A stretch of DNA of 64,000 nucleotides from a virus. Lineage: Duplodnaviria > Caudoviricetes. A program made the position numbers and the translations under genes. This document shows, piece after piece, positions 32,247 through 44,566 of the stretch. Position 1 is the stretch's first letter. Each line of letters starts with the position of its first letter. The stretch covers positions 1 to 64,000 of the IMG/VR virus record IMGVR_UViG_3300028805_000057. The stretch is one strand, 5' to 3'. The notes below the pieces were generated by a model that saw only the letters and a program-made list of their open reading frames with translations, had not been told where the DNA came from and searched no databases.

Positions 32247-34151
32247 ATGTATTTATATTTTGGACTGGGCATTAATGACTTAGAAGATTTTTGCCAATTG
32301 ATGGACAAAGAAGAAAATGAAGCATACACTGTTAATGATAGAGTTTTTATAAATAAAAGAGATGGCGTATTTATAAGAACATTTATAGCTAAATTAATTC
32401 ATTTGACTGAAGAAAATTTTGTAATAATTGGTTTTGATGATAGATCTCAAGCGCTTAGATCATTAGATTTAATAACTTTAAAATCATTTAAAGATTGTAA
32501 TAAAGAGATTAGAGTAAAGTTATTTGATGCTGTATCAAATGTTAATATACGTGATAATTTTAAATACACTGTGCGTAATGGTTCAACAAAGTCAGAGGAT
32601 GATACAAAAACTAATAACAAACAAACATATTACTTTACTTTGACTAAAGATGATTATAATCGTTTTGTATACAACAGATATGATGGTACCAAATCAATTA
32701 TAACTGCTATTTGGAATGATGATCATACTAATTTTACTTTAGAGAATGTTCTAATTGAACCAGTTATAACTGTTTCAACTTCTTCAGATTTATTAACGTT
32801 TCGTATCGTAGATTTTGATAGTAGGAATTTCCATATAAGTAGAAACTCACATAATGCATATGAAAAACAAATATATTTTTATGAGAGACAATATCCTAAA
32901 ACTGTAGAATTCTTTACAGATTTAGATGATTGCATTCGCTTTACAAAATCTAAGAAAGAAAATCCTAAAATAACAAATAAACTGGAAGAACAATGTAGTT
33001 GGGATTGTAAACCTTTAAATATGTCAAAAAAGGAGACTAAAATGATTGAAATTAAAGACATTAAGTTAAATGGACCTGCAACTATCTTATTTATAACTGA
33101 TGACAAGAAAGTAGTTGTTAAGTGTAGACCTGGGGATAATTATGATCCTGAAAAAGGTATTTTAATGGTTTTATGTAAGTATATTATTAAAGGAGCTCTT
33201 CATTGTCAGAATTGGACTGAAATATTTGATATTCCTTATTCCGATGAAATAGATGTTGAAAAAGTTATAGCAATGTCTATTGTTAAAGGATATTTTTATA
33301 AAAAGGATAAAGACTGGCATTATAACTATGTATTAAAATATATGTATAATGCTGTAAATCTTCAAACTGAAGATAGAGTAAAAGCATTAAAAGCTCTTAA
33401 TTATTCAGTTGAGAGAATTTCAAGATGTCTTGGCATCACCAAAGGTGAAGTTAAAGATATTCTTGAGTCCAAAACTATTTTAGAAAAGGCAAAAGAAAGT
33501 TTATTATCCTATTTAGATGATTTAAAGAAATCCACTAATAATAAATCAAAGATTACTATTACTGGAACTAAGGATCCATATATTGAGAGTTTGTTAAAAG
33601 AGAAACCTGAACTTAAAAATAATACTAATCCTTATGAAGTTCCTGATCGTAATCCTGATAATAAACCTAAGAAACAGAAAGATGTTGTATCTGATCAGGA
33701 TATTATTGAGTTATTTAATAAAGGTTATTCCATTAGCAAGATTTCAAAAGAATTAGGATTGACTGAGTATTTTGTAAAGAAGTATCTTGATGCATATACT
33801 AATCCTAAGACTGAAAAGAAAGCCGCAAGAATTCTTAAGAAAGCTACAAAAGAGAAGATAGTTCATAAAAAGCATGTATTACGTACTGAGATAGATTTTC
33901 CCGATTACTTGGAAAAGGAAGAATGCGAAAAGATATTAGCTGCAACAAAGTTAAAGTATGCAGATAATCCTAGAATTAATTGTATGTCAGAACTTCAGAA
34001 ATTCTTTATTAGAGAATGTAAGATCTACAAGATTAAGCAGTTATATGGTAAGAATGGTTATTCAATGTATGAAATTGCACAGATAATTGGAACTACTGCA
34101 GCTGGTGTTCAAAAGATGTACAATGCTCATAAAGAGGAAATAGAGTCATAA
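32247..34151 (+). CDS. multi-domain protein with repeated HTH-like segments
   Basis: YSVERISRCLG, YSISKISKELG, YSMYEIAQIIG; central PATI...VVKC...D.EKG domain; internal RBS plus ATG near 33030-33044. Confidence 0.7.
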   Translation: MYLYFGLGINDLEDFCQLMDKEENEAYTVNDRVFINKRDGVFIRTFIAKLIHLTEENFVIIGFDDRSQALRSLDLITLKSFKDCNKEIRVKLFDAVSNVNIRDNFKYTVRNGSTKSEDDTKTNNKQTYYFTLTKDDYNRFVYNRYDGTKSIITAIWNDDHTNFTLENVLIEPVITVSTSSDLLTFRIVDFDSRNFHISRNSHNAYEKQIYFYERQYPKTVEFFTDLDDCIRFTKSKKENPKITNKLEEQCSWDCKPLNMSKKETKMIEIKDIKLNGPATILFITDDKKVVVKCRPGDNYDPEKGILMVLCKYIIKGALHCQNWTEIFDIPYSDEIDVEKVIAMSIVKGYFYKKDKDWHYNYVLKYMYNAVNLQTEDRVKALKALNYSVERISRCLGITKGEVKDILESKTILEKAKESLLSYLDDLKKSTNNKSKITITGTKDPYIESLLKEKPELKNNTNPYEVPDRNPDNKPKKQKDVVSDQDIIELFNKGYSISKISKELGLTEYFVKKYLDAYTNPKTEKKAARILKKATKEKIVHKKHVLRTEIDFPDYLEKEECEKILAATKLKYADNPRINCMSELQKFFIRECKIYKIKQLYGKNGYSMYEIAQIIGTTAAGVQKMYNAHKEEIES

Positions 34152-34869
34152 AAAGCGAGGGAGACCGAACTATGTGAGGACTCAAGTCTGAATGAAATGA
34201 GGAGTGTTTTTTTATGCCTAGTATAGTAATGATAGTTATAATAATTGTATTATTCGTTGTCTTAGCTTCTCTAATGGAATGGAAAGCTGACAAGGATAAA
34301 CGATTATATGAATGTTACACAAAAATGATATTTGAAAGTCGTGCAAGTGGCTCGGGGTGTACTGGAAAAGGTATGCCCCAATGCCAACACTGTTACTACC
34401 ATAAAGTTTATTTAAAGAAAGGTGGTTTATAATGCTAATACATCAAGAAGCAGATGATAATGTATGTGAAGGTTTTATTAATTTGGATAACATTACTTAT
34501 ATAAGTAAACATGAGTATAGTGACGGTACTGTTATTTACAAATGTTATTTAGTTGGTGATGATGATCCATTAACTATAAACCAAAAAACATTTGATAAAA
34601 TTACAGCAGAGAAAGGTGTTATATAATATGGTAGCATTAAATGAACATCAGGTAAGAAAACTTCGACCTGGAGATTTTGTTTATTACAAGGAAAGAGATG
34701 GACAATTAAGTACACATTTCTATGAAGCAACAGTTTTAGAAAAATATCCTAGATTTATTTTGCTTGAATGTTTAGCAAATATTGATGGAACAACTTTTAA
34801 AACTTGTTATAATTATAATGATACTGTAGAATATAGTGGCTATAGATTGTATCAATAAGGAGAAACTCT

Positions 34870-35244
34870 ATGAATATTAATGTCTTCTTATCTACCAAGA
34901 TTAATGGTATTACTGAAGAAGAAAAGAAAGATATTTATGAATTTGTTAAGATTACTATATTGAATGAATTTGAAGATGTGTATGAAAAAGATAATATTAT
35001 AATTTATAGTAATCTCGATGAAGGACCTGCACCGGTTGAAGTAAAACATAAGAAATTATATCATTTAGAAAGGGCATTATCTAAGATGTCTAATTGTGAT
35101 GTATTTTTCTTACTCAAAGAATTAGATAATAGTATTAAACCTGGATGTATGGTAGAAATGAATGCTTGGTTGACTAGTTGTAATAATGCAATAATTGTAA
35201 GAAATAAAATTGAAATGAAAGCATGTCTTGGTTTAAAGAAATGA
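34870..35244 (+). CDS. DUF4406 / nucleoside deoxyribosyltransferase-like protein
   Basis: VFLS...G; CDVFFL; GCxxE. Confidence 0.55.
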   Translation: MNINVFLSTKINGITEEEKKDIYEFVKITILNEFEDVYEKDNIIIYSNLDEGPAPVEVKHKKLYHLERALSKMSNCDVFFLLKELDNSIKPGCMVEMNAWLTSCNNAIIVRNKIEMKACLGLKK

Positions 35245-35251
35245 TATTTGC

Positions 35252-35412
35252 AGAATGCCTCTCAAACGCTCTATTTTGTTCCACTACTCAGTACCTTCGT
35301 AGACGCTCAGATTTGCCCGTAAAGGCCTGTTTGGTATTTCTAGGTAGATTTATACTACTTTATACCCAAAAAGCCGAATATGGGCATTTTGGTGCGTTAC
35401 AGAGGTATTCTA
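35252..35412. repeat. palindromic repeat, copy 3 (extra partial left arm)
   Basis: GCCCGTAAAGGCCTGTTTGG ... TGGGCATTTTGGTGCGTTACAGAGGTATTC. Confidence 0.85.
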
Positions 35413-35424
35413 GAGTTTGAAATT

Positions 35425-35448
35425 CGCGAAAATATTTAATTGTATATT
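35425..35448 (+). promoter_or_regulatory. CGC-N15-TATATT motif followed by a tiny hairpin and T-tract
   Basis: CGCGAAAATATTTAATTG-TATATT-GGGACGGTATAGTCCT. Confidence 0.65.
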
Positions 35449-35477
35449 GGGACGGTATAGTCCTGTATATTTTTTAG

Positions 35478-35561
35478 TTTGAACGAAGTAAGAACTACAG
35501 TCTGTGATTGGGTTTGAACAAAGTGAGAACTACAGTCTGTGATTGGGTTTGAACAGAGTGA
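35478..35561 (+). repeat. 35-bp tandem repeat of the TTTGAAC..AGTGA motif
   Basis: TTTGAAC(G/A)AAGT(A/G)AGAACTACAGTCTGTGATTGGG, 2.4 copies. Confidence 0.85.
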
Positions 35562-35585
35562 TAAATGCGAAAGGAGTTAAATAAA

Positions 35586-36431
35586 ATGAATTTACAAAAG
35601 ATATTTGAGGACGGTTTTAAAGATATGAAAAAGAACAGTCCTCTAATTCTTACGGGTCTGGCATGCTTTGGTGTTGCAGCAACTTCCGTAGTATCAATCT
35701 TTGCAGGAAAGAAGTTAGCTAAGAAAGAAGAAGTAGTAAAGCAAAAGATTGAAGAAAAGAAAGCAAAAGGAGAAGTAGTAACAAAGAAAGATAGTATAGT
35801 ATTATATGTAAGAGAGTACTTCCCTCCGATTGCTCCAGTTATTCTTAGTGTGGGTTTAACAAGTGCATGTGCAATATTCTCATATAAAGAAAGTGCAAAG
35901 AGATTATTGGCAGCAACAACTATAGCAACATTAGCTTCTTCAGAAAGAGATATGTATAAGAAACTTGCTGAGAAATTAATGGGCGAAAAAGAATTAGAAA
36001 GAGAAAAGTTAAAGAAACAAATCGAAGAAAATCCTATGCCCAAACAGATCGAAGACAAGGTTAAGAAAGAAGGAGCTAATAATGTAGACCAAGTTTATAA
36101 TACAACACAATCTTGGTATGAACCTACAACGAATCAGTATATTGCATGTACAGAAAGTGAAATAGTTAAAGCATTTGAAGAGATTTCTTCAAGAGTTAAA
36201 TTTGGTGAATCATTTGTATCATTTGATGAATTCTTATGGGCATTGCCGGTACAGGTAAAGCATCCAAAGATTGCAGAAACATTTGGTTGGCCTTATGAAA
36301 GATGTAAACGTGGTATTGTATATGATTTAAGTGATGGAGTAAAAGCAGAAAATGGATTATTTGTTGGTAAGATAGGTTATCAAGCATATGTAGAAACAAC
36401 AGAATATCCTATTGACACAATACATAGTTAA
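35586..36431 (+). CDS. DUF6353-like phage protein, paralog of 48853..49821
   Basis: KKNSPLILTG N-terminal hydrophobic helix; second hydrophobic helix; FGW motif. Confidence 0.65.
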   Translation: MNLQKIFEDGFKDMKKNSPLILTGLACFGVAATSVVSIFAGKKLAKKEEVVKQKIEEKKAKGEVVTKKDSIVLYVREYFPPIAPVILSVGLTSACAIFSYKESAKRLLAATTIATLASSERDMYKKLAEKLMGEKELEREKLKKQIEENPMPKQIEDKVKKEGANNVDQVYNTTQSWYEPTTNQYIACTESEIVKAFEEISSRVKFGESFVSFDEFLWALPVQVKHPKIAETFGWPYERCKRGIVYDLSDGVKAENGLFVGKIGYQAYVETTEYPIDTIHS

Positions 36432-37436
36432 GCTGTCTCAAGGAACTTGTCTGGTCAGTAAAATGGCTGGATGAGTTCCTTTACATTTTATGAAAGGAAA
36501 CATATGTATATAGCTTTAATTATATTAATGATATTAACTGGATTTATATGGTTTACAGAACATTGTGTAGAACAGCAAAGAATGTATGAATTTTGTAGAG
36601 AACATCGTAAAGGTGTATGTAAAGATATTTTAATTGATAAGAAATGTAATAGGTGTCCATATTTAAATAAAGGAGAATGATTATGAGTTCACCTGATGAA
36701 TTAATGACAAAAGAATGGAAATATGATTTTAGAAATAGTTGGGAACAAGCTACAGCTGATTTAAGATATATATCTTATATGAAAAAGATTGATTTAAAGA
36801 AAATTGGATTTACTAATGAATTATTAAATAATACATATATTAAAGTGAAAAGGAGAAAATAATAAGATGAGAAGTTGGAGTTTTACATTTGAGAATGAGG
36901 AAGATGCAAAGAAGGCTTTTGTTGGATTTCAGAAGATGTTTAAGGATTGTGAAGATTTTGAAAAGAGAAAAATATTCTACTGTTCAATGAAAGATAAAGA
37001 TAAAACATATAAAATATTTTTAGGAATTGAGGATACTGTTGCAGGTGCATTTACAATCACAACAATGAATGCATTTGATAAGTGTCTTAAGAATGTATTT
37101 ACAGTAACTAAAGCAGATTGTAAAGATATTAAGGTTGAGTTCCCGGAAAATTGCAAGATATCAAGTTGGTGGGAAGCAGATAAAGTTCCTAATAAATCAA
37201 AAGAGGAAACAAAAGATGGCAAAACAAATTGATTTTATATTTTTAGAAGAAAACGATCCTGCATATCCATACAGTATGGAAGCTTATGAATATGAGAAAC
37301 CATCTGGCGGATGCAGGACAAGAAATAAAGAAGACTTAAAAGCAATGTACCAGCTTTGGAAAGAAACATATGGTACAATTAATTTAAAGTATATTTTTAA
37401 AAAGAATGAAGAGGTATTGAAAGGAGTAGATTAATT

Positions 37437-37742
37437 ATGGTACAGCGTGATACAGAGTATTTAACAAGAGAAGATGACAGGGAATTAAATGAATTCCTTG
37501 AAATTATGCACAATAGTCAAATGATATTTGAAAATTGTGTATTTAGTCTTTGCACAAATAAGCAGTTTAGAAATTGTACATTTACAAATTGTATCTTTGA
37601 TCATGTAACAAAGGAAACATATTTTACAAATTGCACATTTGATGCTCCTACATTTTATGCAGGATTCCATGGCAAACTTGATAACTGTAATATTACAAAA
37701 TATTCAGGAGTAATTGGAGAGTTAAAGGAGAGAATGCCATGA
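37437..37742 (+). CDS. pentapeptide/beta-helix-like repeat protein
   Basis: FENCVF, FRNCTFTNCIF, FTNCTF. Confidence 0.55.
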   Translation: MVQRDTEYLTREDDRELNEFLEIMHNSQMIFENCVFSLCTNKQFRNCTFTNCIFDHVTKETYFTNCTFDAPTFYAGFHGKLDNCNITKYSGVIGELKERMP

Positions 37743-38749
37743 GTCAACACTTAGTGGAATTTGAAAATTGGTGCAAAACCTGTAAATTTGGTAAGCAGGA
37801 AGAAGAAGATCATCCTTGTTATTTATGTCTTGATGAACCGGTAAATATTGATAGTAAGAAACCGGTTTATTATGTGGAAGGTGAAACTAAGAAGAAAGAG
37901 CGTTATGGCAGAAAGGAGAAAACTGATGCAAGGCGCCGTTGAAAATTTTTATAAAGCATTCGATGAACTTAGAAGAAGGCATGTAAATGTTGAATTTAAG
38001 TTAAATTACAAGACATATTGGATTATGGAATTACTTGTAGATAATAATGTAATCTTTAATCTCAAAGGAAATGATACAAGTATATTATTTGATAATGCAG
38101 CAAGTAAATTATTAAACTTCCTGAGAAAGTAAAGATATTTAGGAGGTAAAATAATGAGTTTAAGTCAAGCATTAGTATGTGCAAGTGTATTTATTGCAGG
38201 TATCATTATTGGTATTGTAATACATTCAATTCATGTAAATAAAAGAGTGCCTTGGGCAGGTAATGTAGTAATTGATACAAGAAATCCTAATGGTGATACA
38301 ATTAGTATCGAATCTCCAAAGAATATTACAAAATGGGATAAGTACAAAGAAATAAAATTCACTGTAATAGCTTTGTGGGGAGATAAGAAAAGAAAGGATA
38401 AGTAATATGCCAAGGAAGCATTATAGTCCTATTAATGTTCCAATGAATAAAACAACAGATCCTGAAGGAAGATTAGTAATCGATTCAAGAGGTGTACAAA
38501 CAACATTTGATCCAGATGGAACATTATCATTCAATGTAAATAATGGAATATTAACTTGGAATTCAGGAGATATAATACATCTGAATTTTACAAGTGATGA
38601 TTTTTCAATAATGTATGATGCTGAGAGTAATTTATTAACTTTAACAGCAGGTGATAAGAATATTTATTATCAGCTAGATACATTAAAAGAATTAATACAA
38701 GAAAAAGGTTATACCATTGAAGAAATGGAAAAAATATTGGAGGAAAAGA

Positions 38750-39298
38750 ATGAAGCAGAACATGACGAAACTCTTAGTGATAGTGGACATGCAGAATGAT
38801 TTTGTAACTGGTTCGCTTGCAAATCCCGATGCTGAAAAAATAGTTCCTGGTATTGTAGAACTGATTAAGAATTGGGATGGAAATATTGCAATTACAATGG
38901 ATGTACATGCTTCTGATTATCTAAATACACAAGAAGGAAAAAGATTACCGATAGAGCATTGCATTTGTGGTACTAAAGGATATAAACTTGTAAAAGATAT
39001 TCAAGATGCTTTAGAAGCTTTTGATGAATTACCAGAAACAAATCTCGATTCATTTTACAAAGAAGATACTTTTGGTAGTGATCGTTTAGGTTGGCACGTT
39101 GAAGATTTTAAATATGATGAAATCTACTTCTGTGGAACTTGTACAGATATTTGTGTAATAAGTAATGCAATAATCTGTAAATCATTTGCTCCAGAAACAA
39201 GAATTATCGTATTAAAAGACTTATGTGCTGGAACTACACCAGAGAATCATGAGAATGCACTTAAAGCTATGAAACAATGTCAGATTGATATTGAATGA
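38750..39298 (+). CDS. pncA: isochorismatase-family cysteine hydrolase (nicotinamidase-like)
   Basis: VIVDMQNDF, DVH, HC, K..FGS, GTCTDICV. Confidence 0.8.
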   Translation: MKQNMTKLLVIVDMQNDFVTGSLANPDAEKIVPGIVELIKNWDGNIAITMDVHASDYLNTQEGKRLPIEHCICGTKGYKLVKDIQDALEAFDELPETNLDSFYKEDTFGSDRLGWHVEDFKYDEIYFCGTCTDICVISNAIICKSFAPETRIIVLKDLCAGTTPENHENALKAMKQCQIDIE

Positions 39299-39782
39299 CA
39301 TCGAATGAAAAACCATTCACAAATCCGAATGGAAATTCATTTTGTAAACAAAATAAAATTAAAAAGGAGACGAAAAAATGGCAGCAAAGAAGAAAGTAAC
39401 TGAAGTAGTTGAAGAAGTAAAGAATAATGTTGAGGAATTTGATGAGAAGGGCATTGTTGAAGAAGTAAAAGATGATATTGCTCTTGTTGACGAGAATGAT
39501 GAAACAAAAGAGGAGACACCTGGCGAGACATTAAGTAATTCAATTGATAAGCTTGTAAATGCTGTAGCTGATAAGATTAATAAAGATGTAAATACACCTA
39601 AGCCTACACCTGAGAAGAAACCTTGGAAGTTAGGTTTCTGGGGTTATCTTGGTTTAGCAGTAGTTGTAAAGGGTGCTGTTGAGATTGCAAGAGCTATAGC
39701 AGATTCAAAGAAACCTAGACGCTAAAAAATTTAATCGCTTTATGAGCGGAATAGGGCTCGTACATTTTCGAAAGGAGAAAAA

Positions 39783-40331
39783 ATGGGCAAAAAGAAGGAA
39801 TATGTCGAGACCCCTGAAAATGGGGATGAGTTTGAGTACTATGAGGAAAATGAAGAGACCGAAGAGACAGCAGTAGAAGAACCTAAGAAGGTTGAGAAGA
39901 ATGATAAGAAACTTGAAGTCGAGTTGTTAAAGGCTCAGAATGAAGCAAAGAAGCTGGAACTTGAAACTAAGAAATTAGAATTTGAAACTAAGAAGCTTGA
40001 GAATGATCAGAAGAATGCTGAGGCTAATAGAGATCTTGAACTGAAGAGAATCAATAATGAGAAAGAGATTGAGGATAAGAAAGTTAAGATTGAAGAAGGC
40101 AAAGCAGAAGCTGAAAAGAAAGCATCTAAGAGAGATCTAATAGCAAAGTGGGGAACAGCAGGCATCGGTCTGATTGGAACTGGCTTGGGTATCTATTTCT
40201 CAAGAAAGGCATTCTTAGAGTCAATGTTGTTTGAAGAAAGCGGTTCATTCAGGACTTCAGTAAGTAAGAAGTCTCAGGCAATGACAGACAATGTTGCCAA
40301 GAAATTGGAGAATGTAAGAAAAGATATTTGA
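39783..40331 (+). CDS. coiled-coil protein with C-terminal TM
   Basis: KKLE heptad repeats; WGTAGIGLIGTGLGIYF. Confidence 0.75.
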   Translation: MGKKKEYVETPENGDEFEYYEENEETEETAVEEPKKVEKNDKKLEVELLKAQNEAKKLELETKKLEFETKKLENDQKNAEANRDLELKRINNEKEIEDKKVKIEEGKAEAEKKASKRDLIAKWGTAGIGLIGTGLGIYFSRKAFLESMLFEESGSFRTSVSKKSQAMTDNVAKKLENVRKDI

Positions 40332-40354
40332 AATTCATAATTTGAATTGAGAAT

Positions 40355-40388
40355 GGGGATCAGAGAAATCTGGTCCTCTAATCTTTTT
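40355..40388 (+). terminator. terminator-like hairpin, duplicated at ~46805
   Basis: GGGGATCAGAGAAATCTGGTCCTCTAA plus T-tract in both places. Confidence 0.7.
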
Positions 40389-40992
40389 GTAGGGACTGAC
40401 ATTGAATAATGGTGGTTCCTCTAATCTTTTTATAGTAAAAACTATAAACTTAAAATTATAAAAAATACTAAAAAGGTTACTACTTTGCAAAATGCAAACT
40501 AGGTACCATTTTTAAAAATACTAAAAAGGAGACCACAATTATGACAAAGCAGGAAGCATCAAAGAAGGCACTTAATGTTATGGAAAACCACATTATCAAT
40601 GTTCACAAGAAAGACAGAAATGTTACAGACTTTGTTACAACTGTTACTACAATGGTAAGTATGGTTGGTGTTGGTATGATTATTGAAATGTTCCTTCATG
40701 GCAGACATTGGAATAAGGAAATGGATAAGGCTAAGGGTGAACTTGAGGGCATATTAAAGGAAATGGAGCCTGAAGAATCTGAAGCTGAAGTTAAAGAGGA
40801 GGCCGTAAATGAGCAGGCAGAGTAATTATGCAAAAAAGAATTTCTTTAATGCTTCTATGCAAAGAGCACAGTTACTTGCAAAGAAGAAAAAAGATATTCA
40901 ATCTATAAAGAATGGCAATTTTGTAGAACCAGATCCTAAGAATGTTGTACTTGAAACTGAAGATTCCGTTGAGCAGGATTTGGAGGTTGTTG

Positions 40993-41418
40993 ATGAGTGA
41001 TATTGCTTTAATGTTGGAAGAAATCAGAAATAAACTTGATGAACTTGATCATAAGGTTGATATAATACATCAGAAAGTCGATCGATTAAAGATATTTCCT
41101 CAAATGTCTGTTTGGAAAGATTATGATATTGTCGATAAACCAACAGAAAATTTTCCACGTCAAATCTCAGAAGATGAATATGAAGAAGATGGTAGATATG
41201 CTAAAATAGAAATAATATATTATGAAGTAGATGGTGTATTTGCTACTTTTGATGGCAAGTTAGTTGAATATTTGAATGAAGAATATTTTGGTATTGACAA
41301 TTTAAATTTATTCAATGAATATTGTAATATTTGTTTAAGAGATGAAACAATACATGTGGACTATCATATGGTTTATGAGGGATGTGCTAGTTATTTTGTA
41401 GAACATAAAGGAGAATAA
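40993..41418 (+). CDS. phage protein, paralog of the C-terminal domain of 54505..55281
   Basis: shared FP..I, IYYE..G.FAT.D, EY.G.DNLNLF, LRDE..H.DYH. Confidence 0.75.
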   Translation: MSDIALMLEEIRNKLDELDHKVDIIHQKVDRLKIFPQMSVWKDYDIVDKPTENFPRQISEDEYEEDGRYAKIEIIYYEVDGVFATFDGKLVEYLNEEYFGIDNLNLFNEYCNICLRDETIHVDYHMVYEGCASYFVEHKGE

Positions 41419-41736
41419 AACACACACATGAACAGAAATGGTAAGGCAATAGAAAAGTTCTTAGCTTTAAGAGAAGTTAAGAGAGATGCGGCAGCAAATG
41501 CAGCCGGTAAGAAGAAAGAAAATGTTGTATTTAGTTCAGTACCTGCAAGAAGAAGACAGAGAAAAGGTTAATTATGAATATCACTTTGCAAAAATTCAAA
41601 CTGAGACCTAAAAATTCGCTAAATTCTTTACAGCACACTTATCAAAGATAACTGATGCTCGGAGAACCGCGAAAATCTCCATTCATATTATAGCACGGAA
41701 TGAGTAGTGTTGTACGAAAATAATGGAGGTAGAAAA

Positions 41737-41967
41737 ATGATTATTTTGTTGGTGTTACTCTTCTTGGCAATAGCAATGATTGCGATAACATTCGTATCAT
41801 TTGGCATATGGGTAGTAATCCCGGCCTTATGTATATTCGGAATTTATAAAATCATAAAGCTGTGTTTCAAGAAGAAGGAGAAACCTGACCTTGTAATTAT
41901 GGACAGGAAGTTATTTGAAAGTCAATATGAAAAGAAACCGGAACAAACAACTGTAGCTCAGCAGTAA
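41737..41967 (+). CDS. small membrane protein in a cassette (motif at 41668)
   Basis: GGAGG RBS; long hydrophobic N-terminus; hairpin at ~41987 identical to ~43399. Confidence 0.75.
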   Translation: MIILLVLLFLAIAMIAITFVSFGIWVVIPALCIFGIYKIIKLCFKKKEKPDLVIMDRKLFESQYEKKPEQTTVAQQ

Positions 41968-42077
41968 TAATTGAGCAAACTTTAAAGGGGATTGAACAAA
42001 TGTTCAGTCCTCTAAGTTTTTTATAACGAACACTTCGATTTTTAAGTGTAATTAAAATATTTAGGAGGAATATAAAA

Positions 42078-42545
42078 ATGGAATGTATTGATTGCGCAAA
42101 GAATGCAAATTGTACAAATGAAAAAACTGAAGTATGTAATGATTTTAAAGCTAAAAAGAAGTCTAAACTTAAAAAGATATTAACTATTGCAGGTATTGCA
42201 GCAGGCACAGGTATTGTTACAGGTGTTTTAGCATATCTCAAGGGTAGACAGGATGGTAATGAAAAAGGTTTTGAGAAAGCATTAACCAGTCCTGAAGTAA
42301 AATTAATCACAAATACTAAAGCATATGATGCTATGAGTGATTATAATGAAAAAGTACTTTATATGGTAGAAAATGGCAACTTTGCAACAGAATTCACAAA
42401 TGATGATACTGGAGAAAAGAAATATATGACATATACAGTATCAAATGAAGCTCCTGATTGGTGGGAGAATGATGATACACAAAGATTTGATTTAAAAGAA
42501 ATAGTAGTAAACGATCTCGAACCAAAAGAAGATGCAAGCCTATGA
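42078..42545 (+). CDS. single-pass membrane protein, paralog of 26064..26432
   Basis: IAGIAAGTG TM; PDWWEN. Confidence 0.75.
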   Translation: MECIDCAKNANCTNEKTEVCNDFKAKKKSKLKKILTIAGIAAGTGIVTGVLAYLKGRQDGNEKGFEKALTSPEVKLITNTKAYDAMSDYNEKVLYMVENGNFATEFTNDDTGEKKYMTYTVSNEAPDWWENDDTQRFDLKEIVVNDLEPKEDASL

Positions 42546-43196
42546 GAATCGATTGGTCCGAATTTCAAACAAAAGTGACGAATTGGGCAGAAAAAGAAAC
42601 TAATGAATTATCTTTCAAATTTACTGTTAAATTCTTTGATGATCATGTGTTAATAATTTCAGAAAAGAATAATAAAATACAAAAAATAAAATACAGTAAA
42701 GAGAAATATTATAAAGATAGAAACAAGTTTTCAGATAAAGATATTATTCCAATATTGTTCCAGATACTCAAAGAAAAGTATAAAACTGAAGTAAAATGGT
42801 CAGTAACTGGAGCAGGAAGGAGAAAGAAGTATGCAGGATAATATTATTAAAATAGATCTCACAAATATGGAAAATGCTAGAAATTGGAATACTTTTGTCG
42901 AGAAATGTTTTAATGCTACAATTAATAGGAATGAAGATGGTGCTATAAAGCATAGTAAATATTTATATACATTTACTTATGCACCTGATGAAGTAACTAT
43001 TACAAATCATGAAGTAATAAATGATATTCCATTTGAATTAAAATCTATTACATTAGGTATTGACGAGTATAATCAAGGTAATAAATCTGATAAAGATATT
43101 ATTGAAGGATTATTTAATTCGGTTGAACCTAGTCGCTAAAATATTGTTCTCCTTAATGCAGCGATAAATGTATATTAATTGATTGGAGGTTAAAAA

Positions 43197-43376
43197 ATGG
43201 ATAGAACTGAAAGCAAGCTTAAGATATTTGGATTTATTGGAAGTGCAATTGTAGGTATTAGTGGTGCAGCAGTAGCAACATGGAAGACTTGCAAGGAAAC
43301 TGACAAGTTACATCAGGATAAGCTTAAGCAGAAGGAACTGGAAGAATCTAGTAATAATGAAACTTCTGAGAAGTAA
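43197..43376 (+). CDS. 59-aa membrane peptide in a cassette (not in ORF track)
   Basis: motif at 43134; GGAGGT RBS; IFGFIGSAIVGISGAAVATW. Confidence 0.7.
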   Translation: MDRTESKLKIFGFIGSAIVGISGAAVATWKTCKETDKLHQDKLKQKELEESSNNETSEK

Positions 43377-43495
43377 TAAGATTAAAATGCAGGATTTTGG
43401 GGATTGAACAAATGTTCAGTCCTCTAATTCTTTCGCGTAATTATATGACCTCTTTATAGGTAATAACAAAATATTATTTATATGGAGGTAGCAAA

Positions 43496-43654
43496 ATGAA
43501 TAATGGTTTTGAGAAACAGGAATGCATCTTAAGAATTGGACAGAATGTCGGACAGATAGTTACAGGATTATGTATGACGGCAGTTGCAATATTAGGTGTA
43601 ATAAAGTTTATGAAAAACATTAAAGAAATAAAAAACCGTAATAAAGATATTTAA
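43496..43654 (+). CDS. 52-aa membrane peptide in a cassette (not in ORF track)
   Basis: motif at 43434; GGAGGT RBS; IVTGLCMTAVAILGVIKFM. Confidence 0.7.
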   Translation: MNNGFEKQECILRIGQNVGQIVTGLCMTAVAILGVIKFMKNIKEIKNRNKDI

Positions 43655-44566
43655 GTAATACCAGGTTTAGGGGAGTCTAGAATTTAGGCTTCCTTAATTT
43701 TTTCAGTTCCTAATTTATAGGAAAGTGAGAATAAGTGAGTGAGGTAATCACATGGACGACAAAACATATAACGATATACAGCTGTTATTACGTAAAGGTA
43801 TGGAACCTAAAGATATTGCATATGAATTAGAAATACCTGAACGTTTAGTATTTGCTGTAATAAGAAAGAAGGGATCTAATGCCGAGAGTAAGAATAGACA
43901 GACAAACAATTAAAGTTCCATGTACAAGATGTGGAAAAGAATATAGTAAAATGCTTGCTGGTTCAAGTGATATATCGTCATTTAGATTTCCTCAATACAT
44001 GATACAAAGATATCGTGATTTTGACTCTCCACCACGAGAAATTAATTTGTGTGAAGAGTGTTGTGACAAACTGGATAGATTCCTGTACATCTATACTGAA
44101 GGACAGGACTATTATATTAATGAAGAAAATTTAATGAATGAAGGAGAAAAAAGTAATGAGTGCTGAAGTAATGAACGATGTTTCAACTGTTGAAAAGAAG
44201 ATTGAGAGTATTGTTTTTAAGATATTAAAGGATAAGATTAAGGGTCGTATCTTTGTTAAGATGGAAGATAAGGCTGAAGGTGAAGTAGATACTCTTTATA
44301 TTAAGATTGAATCAAATAATTTGATTTATACAGAGTATTTACAGTTACCTGGTAATACTTTCGAGATGGTATCAACAAATGAAGACTTTGCTAGTACTCT
44401 TGGATTGATTGTATTTGACAACTTTAAGAAATATGTAGATAATAAGTTCTATGTACAGGATAAACCTAAGAGATACTTTAACAAGCGTGAAGCTAAATAA
44501 CGCGAAATTCTACAGGCATATCATAGACGGAATAGTCCGTTGATTTTGATGAAGGAGGAAAGTGTA

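Noticed and set aside
35223-35420. 65-aa ORF in the track
   Set aside because: It lies over palindromic repeat copy 3 and has no clear RBS
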